NCBI GenBank assembly: GCA_963814585.1
Contig: CAWFDF010000008.1
Span: 512,001-576,000 of the forward strand
Reading direction: 5' to 3'
Source: an uncultured delta proteobacterium
Lineage (GTDB): Bacteria; Myxococcota; Myxococcia; Myxococcales; Anaeromyxobacteraceae
Length of the DNA stretch: 64,000 nucleotides
The translations under genes were made by a program, and so were the position numbers. Each line of letters starts with the position of its first letter. Within the stretch, counting starts at the first letter, position 1. Positions 50,147 to 60,388 of the stretch are shown piece after piece. Under the pieces are notes generated by a model. The model worked only from the letters and a program-made list of their open reading frames with translations, ran no database searches and was not told where the DNA came from.

Positions 50147-50495
<349 letters not shown>

Positions 50496-50507
50496 TCTGT
50501 AACTACT

Positions 50508-50543
50508 CGACCTCACTCGGCTTCGTCAGGCCGGGTGGGGTCG
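50508..50543 (+). terminator. Hairpin downstream of tmRNA
   Basis: CGACCTCACTCGGC / GCCGGGTGGGGTCG stem with G:U pairs; weak U-tract. Confidence 0.45.
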
Positions 50544-51101
50544 TCTCCATCAGGTCTCCAACGGGACCGTCCTCCGCCGCCGTCCGGTCGAGGAGCCGGA
50601 TGGCGGCGTCCTTGTGGGCCGGCGACAGGTGCATGGACATCATGGCGAAGGACCTCCCGCCCCTCATCGGCCAGCTGGAAGGTCTCTTGTCGGGCGCTCC
50701 TCGGTAGCGACCGTCTCCAGGATGTCTCCAGTCTCCAGGCTGCCCCTTGTCGACTCGGGTCGTCTCCCGTTGACGACGCCAGGAACCCCGACCTACCGCC
50801 AGTGAACGCCATTCCGCCGGGAGGCCTGCCCAGTCGCCCGGTTGGTTGCTCGCTTACGGTCACTTTCGATCCCCGGCACCTCCATTGGCCTGGCCCCGCG
50901 GTGTTGCGGGGCCCCTCATCCCGGCTCACCAGGCGCTCCACGGCCGGGACCGCCAACTTCCGGTGAACCTCTGCCGCCGGAGTGGGCTGCCGCGTCCAGG
51001 CGCTGCTGCGCCAGGGCCGGGCGGATGGACGCACTCCGGCGTGGGCGCGCCCCGTGGTCGAGGGACTGCCACCAGGTCGTGGAACGCCCTACACTGACTT
51101 C

Positions 51102-51374
51102 ATGAACGTCGTGGAGCTGAAGGCCCTGGCGCAGGCGGCCGAAGCGCTCTCGGGAGCTGCCGCGGGTCTTCACGGCCACGCGGAGGTCGCCGCGTACAAC
51201 AACCTCGTCTCCCGCTTCCGCGAGCGGGTCACCAGGGCGCTCAACAGGCTGACGCTCGGGCAGGTCGTCGAGCCCGAGCTGACGGACGAGCTGTGGCTCA
51301 TGGCCAGGGAACTGCCGGCCGCGCGGCGCAGCGCCGAGGCCGTCGCTCAGCGCGATCCGGCCCTGGCCGAGTAG
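51102..51374 (+). CDS. Hypothetical helical protein (90 aa)
   Basis: Host-like codon usage; TACACT 6 nt before the ATG. Confidence 0.55.
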   Translation: MNVVELKALAQAAEALSGAAAGLHGHAEVAAYNNLVSRFRERVTRALNRLTLGQVVEPELTDELWLMARELPAARRSAEAVAQRDPALAE

Positions 51375-51459
51375 ACGCCCTTGGCCACGAGCTGGACCCG
51401 CTGCTCGGCGAGCGGATCCTCAGCAGGCTTCGGGGGGACCGAACCGGCGGCCGGCGCAG

Positions 51460-52527
51460 TCACCGCCGATGCGAGAGCGCGATGGTGAAGGTCACGTCGG
51501 GGATCGTGTCGATGAAGAGGTTCTCCCCGACGGCCAGGTCCAGGGACGTCGCCGGGCCGAAATGGATCGTGCCGCCGACGGTGAGCAGGACCGAGCTGGC
51601 CGCCAGCTGGGGGAGCTCGCTCTCGTAGAAGGAGCCGTGAACGTCCAGCTGCGCCTTGAGGTCGAGCCGGCTCACCGCCCGCCAGCTCAGCCCGAACCCA
51701 CCGAAGGCCACGGCCTGCCGCTGCCGTGCCGCGAGGACGTCGCTCTCGCTCGAGGCCAGCAGCCCCAGGCGGCCGAACCAGGTGATGCCGCAGGAGCCCA
51801 TGCCGCGCTCGACGCCGTTGAGGCTCAGCGAGAGATCGGTGCTGCCGCTGCCCATGAGCTGCGAGCTGTCGCCGGTCGGGAGCTCGAGGCTGGCGTGCAG
51901 GCTGAGCTCGCGCGGGCCGTCTTCCGCCCCGTACAGCCGGGTCGCGGCGAAGAGGCGGACGTCTCCCAGCCCCTGCTGATCGGAGCGGACGGCGATCGAC
52001 TCCTGGCCCTGGAAGCGATGGCTGTAGTCGAGCTGGTTGATCGGCATCGCGTTGCGCTCGCCGGTCGGCAGGCCGAGGAGCTCGTGCCAGCCGATGATGA
52101 AGTCGTCCAGCAGGCCGCCGCGCTGGAAGACGAGCGGGATCTCGATGCCGGCCTCGAGCTGATCCGAGAGCCCGAATCGCACCGAGAACGCCAGCCGGTA
52201 GGTCTCGCCGTCGAGGGAGATCGACTCGCTGGCGCTGTCCGCCAGCTTCGAGTTGTTGGTGAGATCGAAGGCGGCCTGGAACTGGACGTGACCCGCCGGC
52301 GTCAGCTCGGCTGGCTCGAATGCGGGCAAGCCGTAGACCTGGATGAACGGGTTCTGGTCGCGGACGCCGAGCGGCGCAGGCGGACCTGCCACGTCGTCGG
52401 CCTGGGCGTGGCCGGGCGACACGCCCAGGAGGCCCAGCAGGAGGACCGCCCGCCAGGCCCCGAGGGCCACACGCCCGCCTCCGGCCGCCACGCCGGGGTC
52501 GGGGGAGCCAGGCCAGCTCCCCGTCAC
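51460..52527 (-). CDS. DUF3187-like outer-membrane beta-barrel protein
   Basis: RDQNPF, LDGETYR, GGLLDDFIIGWHELLGLP, LGDVRL, LPTGD...GSGS.D, ENL...PDV. Confidence 0.75.
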   Translation of the reverse strand: MTGSWPGSPDPGVAAGGGRVALGAWRAVLLLGLLGVSPGHAQADDVAGPPAPLGVRDQNPFIQVYGLPAFEPAELTPAGHVQFQAAFDLTNNSKLADSASESISLDGETYRLAFSVRFGLSDQLEAGIEIPLVFQRGGLLDDFIIGWHELLGLPTGERNAMPINQLDYSHRFQGQESIAVRSDQQGLGDVRLFAATRLYGAEDGPRELSLHASLELPTGDSSQLMGSGSTDLSLSLNGVERGMGSCGITWFGRLGLLASSESDVLAARQRQAVAFGGFGLSWRAVSRLDLKAQLDVHGSFYESELPQLAASSVLLTVGGTIHFGPATSLDLAVGENLFIDTIPDVTFTIALSHRR

Positions 52528-55500
52528 GGCGTCCGCACGAAGATCGCCTCGTTCAGGAAGGCGGCGTCCTGCCAGTAGACGCGGCCGCTCGGCTCCACCG
52601 CCACCTGATCCTTGATCGAGTAGTGGCTGGTCACCGCCTGGGCCGACGCCCCGGAGGCCATGTCCACCAGGATCACCTGCTTGCCGCCGGGCTCCCCGAA
52701 CTCCAGGTAGACGACGAAGTTCCCCGCCATGTCGAACTGGCCGAGGAACGGCCAGTGCGTGCCGAGGTTGGTCTCCACGTCGTCCGGGTTCCCGAGGACG
52801 CCGTCGGGACCGGCCTCGAGGACGTAGATGATCCCGCTCTCGACGATGCCGATCCGCTCCCCGGCGACGCGGATGTCCCGGACGTCACGGTAGGGCTGGC
52901 CCGCCAGCGGCGAGCCGGTCGGGTGGAGGAGGACGGTGGTGGACGCCGGATCCGTCGCGCTGAAGACGGGGTTCGCCGCCGTGCCCCCCGCCTTCCGCAG
53001 GCAGGCCATGTGCGCGTACGACCAGCCCGGCGGCGTCGGGTAGCTGGCGTGCGCGCAGCTGAAGACGGCGTAGCGCGCGCTCACCGCGGCCACGGCCCGG
53101 TAAGGGGACGGCTCGGCCGACACGCCCGGCCCCGGCAGGACGTCCACGACGCTCGGGGTGCGCAGCCCCCCCGCCCCGCTCGGCTCCAGGACATAGGGCC
53201 GCCGCACGTCGCTGGCGTCCCGGACCGCGACGATGGCCTTGCCCTCCTTCGCGAGCAGCACGTCGAGCCTGGAGGGGGAGACGTTCAGGACGTCCACGGC
53301 CGGGTAGCTGGCGAGAGCCGCCGGCGTGAACCAGAGCCCCGTGGCGTCGGCCCGGTACGCCGTCACCCGGGAGTAGGCGTTGGTCGCCACCAGGTAGTGG
53401 GGGCCGGTCGCTCCGGCCAGGTACCCGTAGTGGGAGGCGTTGCCCGGCAGGGTGGCGTCCCCGCCGGTGGTGGTCCGCGCCCGGAGCAGGCTCCCCGACT
53501 GGAAGACGAAGGCCCCCTGCCCGTTGGCGATGGGCCAGGAGAGCGGCACCCCATCGGCCACGTCCCAGCGTGACTGCGTGAGGTCCAGCCAGAGCAGGTC
53601 CTCGGAGAGGTTCGCCTGGTTGTTCTGGTAGACGAGGAGGCCGTTGCTGACCGAGGGGTAGTAGCGCGGCGTCGCGCTCGGCACCGAGCGCACCAGGGTG
53701 TCGTCGGCCGTCCCGAAGGTTCCATCCCCGCCGGCGAACCAGTCGGTGATGTGGCCCGTCCCGCCGGAGGCGTTGTCGAGCGCCACCAGGTGCGGCCCGT
53801 CGGTGGCGACGTACCAGTTCCAGGGACTGAGCGTGGCGGTGTACGAGCGGCTCGCGATCACGTCTCCCGCCCCGAAGGCGGCGCCGGCCGCGGAGGGCCG
53901 CCGCGACGCCAGGGTCGCGGTGGTGCCGGTGTAGGAGCCGGTCGCGAGTTGCTCCCCGTCGGGCGACAGCCCGGCTGCCTGAACCGTCGCCGCGAGGTCG
54001 TACGTCGTCCTCCCGCTGGCGTATCCGCCGGCGGCCGCCGAGACGATGGTCCACACCCAGCCGGTCCCTGGATCGTGCCGGTAGAGCAGCCGGCGCCCGG
54101 AGATGGCCAGGCCCCCGACGGTCTGGCCCGACATGACCGCGACCGGGGCCGGGTCGTCGGCCGTGCCAATCTTGCCGTCGCCCCCGGGATCTCGCACGTA
54201 CACGTTGCTCGTCCACGGCGTGCTGGTCAGGGTCTCCACCCAGGCGACCCACTCGCCCCCGGCCGCCACCGCGCTGACCCGGTAGCCGGCGGGCACGGTC
54301 CGGATGCTGGTCACGGTGTCGGTGGTGCACCAGCCCGCGGCCCCCGGCCGCCGCACCTGGACCTCGTAGCTGCCGGTGTACCCGGGGTAGACGACGAGCG
54401 TGCTGGAGCCAATCTGCGAGCCCTGCTCCCCGGCGTTTCCGGTCGACCCGACCAGGCAGGTCGGGTCGGTCGCATCGCGCCTCCGGTTGGGCCCGAGGTC
54501 GGTGAGGTGCCCGTACCAGGTCAGCAACGTGCCGCGCATGTGCGGCCCGAACTCCCAGTCGGTGGTGGCGGTGACGATCCCGCCCGTTCCAGCGGTGGGC
54601 ACCGGCTGGCTCACGCTCGAGCCGACGTTCCCGGCGAGGTCCACGGCGCGCACCGCCACGTTGGTGATGGTGCCGCTGCGGAGCGGCACGTTCACCCCGA
54701 GGAAGCGGCTGGTGGCGTCGGCGGAGCAGCGCAGCCGCGGGTCGGTGCAGCCGCAGGTGCAGGGGTCGTACCCGGCGCCGTCATGGCAGGTCTCCGCCGG
54801 GCAGAGCGGCGTGAAGCCGGATCCGGAGTCGACCTCCAGCCAGGCGATCCCCGCCCACGGGGTGGGCGCACCGGCGGGGAGGTCGGTGGCTCCCGCCGTC
54901 AGGAAGAAGGAGACGTCGTCCGCGTTCACGACGAGGGCCGCCGGGTCGTAGGCCGGCACGAGGGTGGGCGGCACCGGGGGCGTGAGGTCGCTCAGGATCG
55001 CCAGCGAGGCCGTGGCGCTGGCGTTGCCGGCCCGGTCGACGGCCCGCGAGTAGACGCAGTTCCTCAGGCCGCCGGCCAGGTTCACCGAGGTGGAGTCGGG
55101 CGAGGCGGTCCAGGCCGGGCTGGAAGGCGTGGAGGGACAGGCCGCGGTGGCGCCCACGGTGGAGACGAACGTCTCGTAGCGCGCGAAGTTGGCGTCGCTG
55201 TCCGAGCCGGTCAGGATGACCGTCGCGGTGGTGGCGTCCACCACCGTGCGGCTCGTCCGCATCGTGGGGGTCGCGGGGACGGCCTGGTCCTGCACCACCA
55301 CCACGCTCGACTCCGGCCCCGCGTTCCCCGCCCAGTCGATGGGCCGGACCCGCAGCGGGTTCGAGGCGTTGGCGGCGAGCGGCGAGAAGCCGAGGCTCGC
55401 GGGCGGCGTCGGCGCCACCGGCACGAGCGTGGCCGCGCTCCAGTCGGCGGCGCTGCCCACCAGCACCTGGTAGCCGCGCAGGTTGCCGTCGGTGGCGGCC

Positions 55501-58196
55501 ACGGAGATGGGCACGGAGATGGAGCCCAGGTTGGTGTAGCCGGGCTGCGCGCCGGCCGGGACGGTCGGGGTGGCGAGCAGCACCGCCGTCGGCGGGACCG
55601 TGTCCACGCAGCGCACGGCGGGGTAGAGCGGTGCAGTCGAGGACTGGGCCACCGCCGTGGCCGTCCCATCGGGCGGGACGGTGGTGGTGATCGCGTAGGG
55701 CTCGCAGGCCCGCGTCGTGCCGACGCTGGCCAGGACCGCGAAGCTGCCCGGAGGCACCGGCGTGACGGCCCAGCTGCCGTTCACCGCCGTGGTGGTGGCC
55801 GCCGACCAGGCGGTGCCGTCGAACGCCGTCCCGGTGATCGAGATGGAGATGCCGCTGGAGTTGGCGTTGGGGACGCCGGCGCCCCCCACGTCGTCCCAGA
55901 GCCTGGCCGTGCCGGTCAGCGCGCCGGTCGCGAGCACGAGGGTGAGCGGGGTGGCGGGCGGCGAGGTGGCGTTCCCGGCCACGGTGACCGTCGAGGCGGC
56001 CGGCCGGAAGAAGGGCCTGGTCGCCGTGATGGTGTACGGGGAGCCGGGCGGGAGGCTGACCGGTACGCCCTCGAAGCGGAAGTGGCCGCTCGCATCCGTG
56101 ACCGTCGGCGCCACCGAGAGCCCGGCCGCGGTGAGCGCGACCTGGATGCCCGACTGCTGGGAGGTGACCGGGAAGCCCGCGAGCCCGCCCGCCGAGACCG
56201 ACACCGTCCCCTCCACCACGCCGCGCGACACGCGCAGCGTCACGGCGGGTGCGCTCGCCGCCCCGCCCGCCACGGCGACCCCGGGCGACGACTCCGGGTC
56301 GTAGCCCGACTTCGCGTAGGCGAGCGAGTAGGTGCCCTGCGGCAGCCCGGCGATGGACCAGGTCCCGCCGGTGGCGGTCGTGGTCGAGCCGGTGACCGCC
56401 TTGCCGTTCAGGTCGCTCCCCGAGAGCGACACCAGGATCCCGTCCGCCGTGCCGCGCTCCACCGCGGCCACGCCGCCCACCGACCCGCCCGTCGCCAGCT
56501 GGAGCGCCACCGCGTCCACGGGCGTGGTGGCGTGCGCCGTGACCGCGAAGGCGGCGCTGGTCGCCGGGGCGTACGCCGGGCGGTCGAACCGGGCCGTGTA
56601 CCCCGTCCCGGCCAGCAGCCCCCGGGCACTCCAGGCGCCCGTGGCGTTCGTCACGGCGGTCTGCGTGTCCGGCCCGCCGGAGATGGTGACCACGATCCCG
56701 GCCGAGTCCGCCGCGCCCGTCGCGGTGGCCACCCCGGCCGCGTCCCCGCGCGACGCCGCGAGCGTCACGTCGAACAGCGTCACCTCGTCCCCGGGCCCGA
56801 GCACCACCTGGGCCCGCTGTGCGTCGTACCCGGCCCGCTCCATCACCACGGCGTGCGTCCCCGCCCCCACGCCCAGGAGCGTCCACGATCCCGTCCCCGC
56901 CGTCGCGGTGACCAGCCCCGTCGCCCCCTCGATCCTCACGGTGGTCCCGCCGTGCCCCCCGGCCGCCGCCCCTTCCAGGTAGGTGTTCCCGTGCAGCGCG
57001 CCCGGGATCGCGGCCAGCGTCACCGGCGTCGCCGTCACGGTCGCCTTCGCCACCACCGCGATCGCGCCGACCTGCTCCAGGTACCCCGGCTGGCGCCGGT
57101 AGGCGATCGAGTACGAGTTCACCGGCAGCTGGTCGACACGCCAGTTCCCGTTGGAGTCCGTCAGCGCCGCCGCGATCGGGTCGGGGTTCGGGTTCTCCGC
57201 CGTCGCCGGAGGCGTCAGGCTCACCTGGATCCCGGAGTGGTCTCCAGCCCCCTCCAGCCTGGCGACCCCCACCACCGACCCGGTCTCCCGCAACAGCTCC
57301 ACGCCGGGAAGATCCGTGACGGCACCTGGCGCCACCACCGCGGCGGTGCCCACCGCGCCGTAGTCGCGAAGCTCGAAGGCCACGTTGTACGTCCCGGCGG
57401 GCACCAGGCCGACCAGGCCGTAGTGGCCGTCGGGGGCGCTGGTGGTGGTGGCCTCGAAGGGGGTCCCCGCCACGGTGACCCCGCTCACCCGCACCGTGAC
57501 GCCGCCGGCGTCCGGGGCACCAGGCACCGCGACCACGCCGCGCACGCCCCCCGGGTTCCAGGCCATGGGGACGTCGGGCGCGGGAGCCACCAGCCCTTGC
57601 AGCACCGGGAAGGAGGACGAGGTGGCCTCCTGGAAGCCCTCTCTCGTCACCTGCAACGTGTAGGTCCCCACCGGAACGTCGGCGAGCTGGTACTGGCCAG
57701 CCGCGTCCGAGGTCACGGCACCGGGGATCCCCTTCAGGCTCACGCTGGCGCTGGCCAGCGGCACGTCGGCGTGACCCATGCCGTCGTCGAAGGTCACCCG
57801 GCCCAGCACCGAGCCGCGCGCCACCCCCAGGGTGATGGTCGGCACGGCCACGTCGTGGCCGCCCTGCGCGAGCGTCACCGCGATGCCGGTGAGCAGCCCG
57901 TCCACCCAGCCCGACTTGACCGCCTGGACGGACCAGGTGCCGGCCGGCACCCCTGAGATGGCGAAGGCGCCGCTCGCGTCCGTGTCGGCGGCCATGGAGG
58001 TGCCGGGGATGGAGACGTGGATCCCGTTCAGCGTCGGCGCGATCGTCCCGGCGGGCACCTCCAGGGCCACCAGGCCGGTGAGGCGTGCCCTGGCCTGCAG
58101 GGGCTCCGGCGTGGCGGGATCGTAGGGGTTGTCATGGGTCGGCGATCCACAGGCCGCCAGGAACGAGGCGAAGACCAGCGTCACGAGACTGCGCAC
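52524..58196 (-). CDS. Very large (1890 aa) lipoprotein with tandem carboxypeptidase-regulatory-like beta-sandwich repeats, Ig-like domains and a C-terminal propeller-like region
   Basis: Lipobox LAAC, NPYDP; about 8 repeats of G.V..........G..V......T...G.(W/F).....P.G.Y; AVDxAGN Ig motifs. Confidence 0.85.
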   Translation of the reverse strand: MRSLVTLVFASFLAACGSPTHDNPYDPATPEPLQARARLTGLVALEVPAGTIAPTLNGIHVSIPGTSMAADTDASGAFAISGVPAGTWSVQAVKSGWVDGLLTGIAVTLAQGGHDVAVPTITLGVARGSVLGRVTFDDGMGHADVPLASASVSLKGIPGAVTSDAAGQYQLADVPVGTYTLQVTREGFQEATSSSFPVLQGLVAPAPDVPMAWNPGGVRGVVAVPGAPDAGGVTVRVSGVTVAGTPFEATTTSAPDGHYGLVGLVPAGTYNVAFELRDYGAVGTAAVVAPGAVTDLPGVELLRETGSVVGVARLEGAGDHSGIQVSLTPPATAENPNPDPIAAALTDSNGNWRVDQLPVNSYSIAYRRQPGYLEQVGAIAVVAKATVTATPVTLAAIPGALHGNTYLEGAAAGGHGGTTVRIEGATGLVTATAGTGSWTLLGVGAGTHAVVMERAGYDAQRAQVVLGPGDEVTLFDVTLAASRGDAAGVATATGAADSAGIVVTISGGPDTQTAVTNATGAWSARGLLAGTGYTARFDRPAYAPATSAAFAVTAHATTPVDAVALQLATGGSVGGVAAVERGTADGILVSLSGSDLNGKAVTGSTTTATGGTWSIAGLPQGTYSLAYAKSGYDPESSPGVAVAGGAASAPAVTLRVSRGVVEGTVSVSAGGLAGFPVTSQQSGIQVALTAAGLSVAPTVTDASGHFRFEGVPVSLPPGSPYTITATRPFFRPAASTVTVAGNATSPPATPLTLVLATGALTGTARLWDDVGGAGVPNANSSGISISITGTAFDGTAWSAATTTAVNGSWAVTPVPPGSFAVLASVGTTRACEPYAITTTVPPDGTATAVAQSSTAPLYPAVRCVDTVPPTAVLLATPTVPAGAQPGYTNLGSISVPISVAATDGNLRGYQVLVGSAADWSAATLVPVAPTPPASLGFSPLAANASNPLRVRPIDWAGNAGPESSVVVVQDQAVPATPTMRTSRTVVDATTATVILTGSDSDANFARYETFVSTVGATAACPSTPSSPAWTASPDSTSVNLAGGLRNCVYSRAVDRAGNASATASLAILSDLTPPVPPTLVPAYDPAALVVNADDVSFFLTAGATDLPAGAPTPWAGIAWLEVDSGSGFTPLCPAETCHDGAGYDPCTCGCTDPRLRCSADATSRFLGVNVPLRSGTITNVAVRAVDLAGNVGSSVSQPVPTAGTGGIVTATTDWEFGPHMRGTLLTWYGHLTDLGPNRRRDATDPTCLVGSTGNAGEQGSQIGSSTLVVYPGYTGSYEVQVRRPGAAGWCTTDTVTSIRTVPAGYRVSAVAAGGEWVAWVETLTSTPWTSNVYVRDPGGDGKIGTADDPAPVAVMSGQTVGGLAISGRRLLYRHDPGTGWVWTIVSAAAGGYASGRTTYDLAATVQAAGLSPDGEQLATGSYTGTTATLASRRPSAAGAAFGAGDVIASRSYTATLSPWNWYVATDGPHLVALDNASGGTGHITDWFAGGDGTFGTADDTLVRSVPSATPRYYPSVSNGLLVYQNNQANLSEDLLWLDLTQSRWDVADGVPLSWPIANGQGAFVFQSGSLLRARTTTGGDATLPGNASHYGYLAGATGPHYLVATNAYSRVTAYRADATGLWFTPAALASYPAVDVLNVSPSRLDVLLAKEGKAIVAVRDASDVRRPYVLEPSGAGGLRTPSVVDVLPGPGVSAEPSPYRAVAAVSARYAVFSCAHASYPTPPGWSYAHMACLRKAGGTAANPVFSATDPASTTVLLHPTGSPLAGQPYRDVRDIRVAGERIGIVESGIIYVLEAGPDGVLGNPDDVETNLGTHWPFLGQFDMAGNFVVYLEFGEPGGKQVILVDMASGASAQAVTSHYSIKDQVAVEPSGRVYWQDAAFLNEAIFVRTP

Positions 58197-58274
58197 GGGT
58201 GCCCCCTGGGATGATGGCTTCCACGAGGATATTGGCTATTGTTCGACGAATCCACCCCTCACCTGGGAGTGCGC

Positions 58275-59234
58275 ATGCGGGCAGGCCTGGCTTTCCTGGC
58301 GACGATGGCTCTCCTTCACGGCGAGGTGGCGCACGCCCAGGCGCAGCCCCCGCGCGCGCCGCCGGCCTCCGTGGCCGCCCCGGGTTCCGTCGAGATCGCC
58401 ATCCGGCGCGTCGCGGACGGCCTGGCCGCCGGCTTCGCCCGGCTCCCCGGCAACGCCCGTTACCGTCGACTCGCCGTGCTGGTCTTCAGCGAGGTGGGCG
58501 AGGAGACCAAGAAGCGGAAGCTCGGCACCATCGTGGCGGCCGAGGTGGCCACCGTGCTGCGGCGCGATCACGGCCTGCTCCTGGTGGAGCGCGAGAAGCT
58601 CGGCCAGGTGCTGGGCGAGCTCAAGCTCCAGGAGATGCTCAGCGTGGACCCCAGCCAGGCCAGCCGGATCGGCCAGATGGCCGACGCCCAGGCGCTGGTG
58701 GTGGGCTCGGTGGCCGAGACGGGCGATCGCTACCTCATCACGGCCCGGATCGTGTCCACCCAGACCGGCGAGTCACTCGCCGCCGAGTCGGCCTCGATCC
58801 CGGAGGCGGCGCTGGTGGCGGTGGCCAGCGACGCGGTGGTGCTCCGCTCGCGCGGGGACGCCGCCCTCAGGAGCCTGCTGGTCCCCGGCATGGGCCAGTT
58901 CTACAACCGCCAGCCTGCCAAGGGCTGGGCCTTCGCCGGGGTCGCGCTGGGCCTGGCCGGTGGCGCCGTGGGGTTTCACGTGGCCGGCTCCTCGGCGCAA
59001 TCGGACTACGAGTCGGCCACCAACCCGACCGACGCCCAGAAGTACTACGATGAGGCCGAGAGCCTGTACCGCACCCGCGACTGGCTCCTGGTGGGCCTGG
59101 CGGTCACCTGGGCGGTCAACGTCCTCGACGCCTACCTCTCCGGCGTCGACGGCCGCGCCATGCTGGGCGGCGTGGCCATCGCTCCGGCCCCCCTCCAGGG
59201 CGGTGGCGGCCTCGTGCTGGCCGCCCGCTTCTAG
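58275..59234 (+). CDS. FlgO/CsgG-like domain plus DUF5683-like membrane domain protein
   Basis: LVEREKLGQVLGE.KLQ, IGQMADAQALVVGSV, ARIVSTQTGE; RSLLVPGMGQFYN; W..NVLDAY. Confidence 0.75.
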   Translation: MRAGLAFLATMALLHGEVAHAQAQPPRAPPASVAAPGSVEIAIRRVADGLAAGFARLPGNARYRRLAVLVFSEVGEETKKRKLGTIVAAEVATVLRRDHGLLLVEREKLGQVLGELKLQEMLSVDPSQASRIGQMADAQALVVGSVAETGDRYLITARIVSTQTGESLAAESASIPEAALVAVASDAVVLRSRGDAALRSLLVPGMGQFYNRQPAKGWAFAGVALGLAGGAVGFHVAGSSAQSDYESATNPTDAQKYYDEAESLYRTRDWLLVGLAVTWAVNVLDAYLSGVDGRAMLGGVAIAPAPLQGGGGLVLAARF

Positions 59235-59308
59235 CGCCGCGCTCCAGTGGCGTGCCGGGGACGACGCCGACGCCGCCAGGCCCGGCGCCACCCTGCCCTC
59301 CACCGCCC

Positions 59309-60382
59309 TCACGCCCGCAGGAACGCCTCCCGGTCGCGCTCGGAGTCGATGGCCTCGGAGAGGAGCTGGTAGAGCTCCTCCTCGGTGCGGGCGCTGACCG
59401 CGGCCCTGGCCACCAGGATGCGGGCCAGCGGCCCGACGTGGAGCGCCAGGGACTGGCGGACCCGCTCCAGCAGGTCCGGATCCCATGAAGGCGGCGGGGT
59501 CATCGGCCGCGAGGCCAGGTCCACCTGGTCCGGGTCGTGCGGCGACCCGGGCGTCGCCATCCGGGACGGCTCGCCGCCGAGCTCGGCCCCCCAGGCGGCG
59601 AGGGCGCGCTGGCGATCCACCCCGGCGGGCACGTGCTGCAGCAGGGCCTCGCGGAGCTCCTGGAGGCTGGTGGCCCGGGCAGCGGCCTGGCGCACCAGGA
59701 GGTGCGCCAGGGGACCGACCACGGTGCTGAACCAGCCCTCGATCCGCTCCAGCACCTCCCCCGCCAGGACCGGCGCCTCCACCTGCGGCGGCTCGACGGC
59801 GGTGGCCACCGCCGTCCTGGCGAACTGCCGGGCGCCGGGCGGAAGCAGCTCGTAGACGGTGTGCTCGCGGGTGTGCTTGTCGCGCCTCACCCCCAGGTAG
59901 CGGAAGAGGTCGACGTAGGTGTCCGACAGGCAGCTGGCGACCTCGTAGAAGGATCGCGAGACCAGGATCTGGTTGTCGGAGGCGAAGCTCATGACCCGCT
60001 GGCCGACGTTGATCCCGTCGCCGATGGCGTTGAGGTTGCCGTTGATGTCACGCACCAGCTTGACCGGCCCGAGGTTGATGCCGAACCGCGCTCGCATGGG
60101 GCTGTCCCGCTTCGGCTCCTCCTCGACGAGCGCGCCCAGCATGCGCAGCCCGCAGAACATGGCCGCCTCGGGGTCACCCAGGAAGCAGACCGCAGCGCCG
60201 TCCCCGGTGTCGAGGATCACGCGGTCGGCGGCCGGGACGTCCTGGATGCCCACGCCCAGGGACTGGTTGAAGCGGTCCTTCCAGGCCTTCTGGATGGCCA
60301 CCGACTGGACCGAGTACTCGACGATGTCGACGAACACGACGCTGCAGAGCCAGGTCCGGTCCAGCTTGGGCAGCTCGTCCAC
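59309..60382 (-). CDS. Soluble class III adenylate/guanylate cyclase with two C-terminal helical repeats
   Basis: FVDIVEYS, TGDG, RFGINLGPV, GDGINVGQRV; two (V)GPLA.LLV..AA repeats. Confidence 0.9.
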   Translation of the reverse strand: MDELPKLDRTWLCSVVFVDIVEYSVQSVAIQKAWKDRFNQSLGVGIQDVPAADRVILDTGDGAAVCFLGDPEAAMFCGLRMLGALVEEEPKRDSPMRARFGINLGPVKLVRDINGNLNAIGDGINVGQRVMSFASDNQILVSRSFYEVASCLSDTYVDLFRYLGVRRDKHTREHTVYELLPPGARQFARTAVATAVEPPQVEAPVLAGEVLERIEGWFSTVVGPLAHLLVRQAAARATSLQELREALLQHVPAGVDRQRALAAWGAELGGEPSRMATPGSPHDPDQVDLASRPMTPPPSWDPDLLERVRQSLALHVGPLARILVARAAVSARTEEELYQLLSEAIDSERDREAFLRA

Positions 60383-60388
60383 GGCCGA

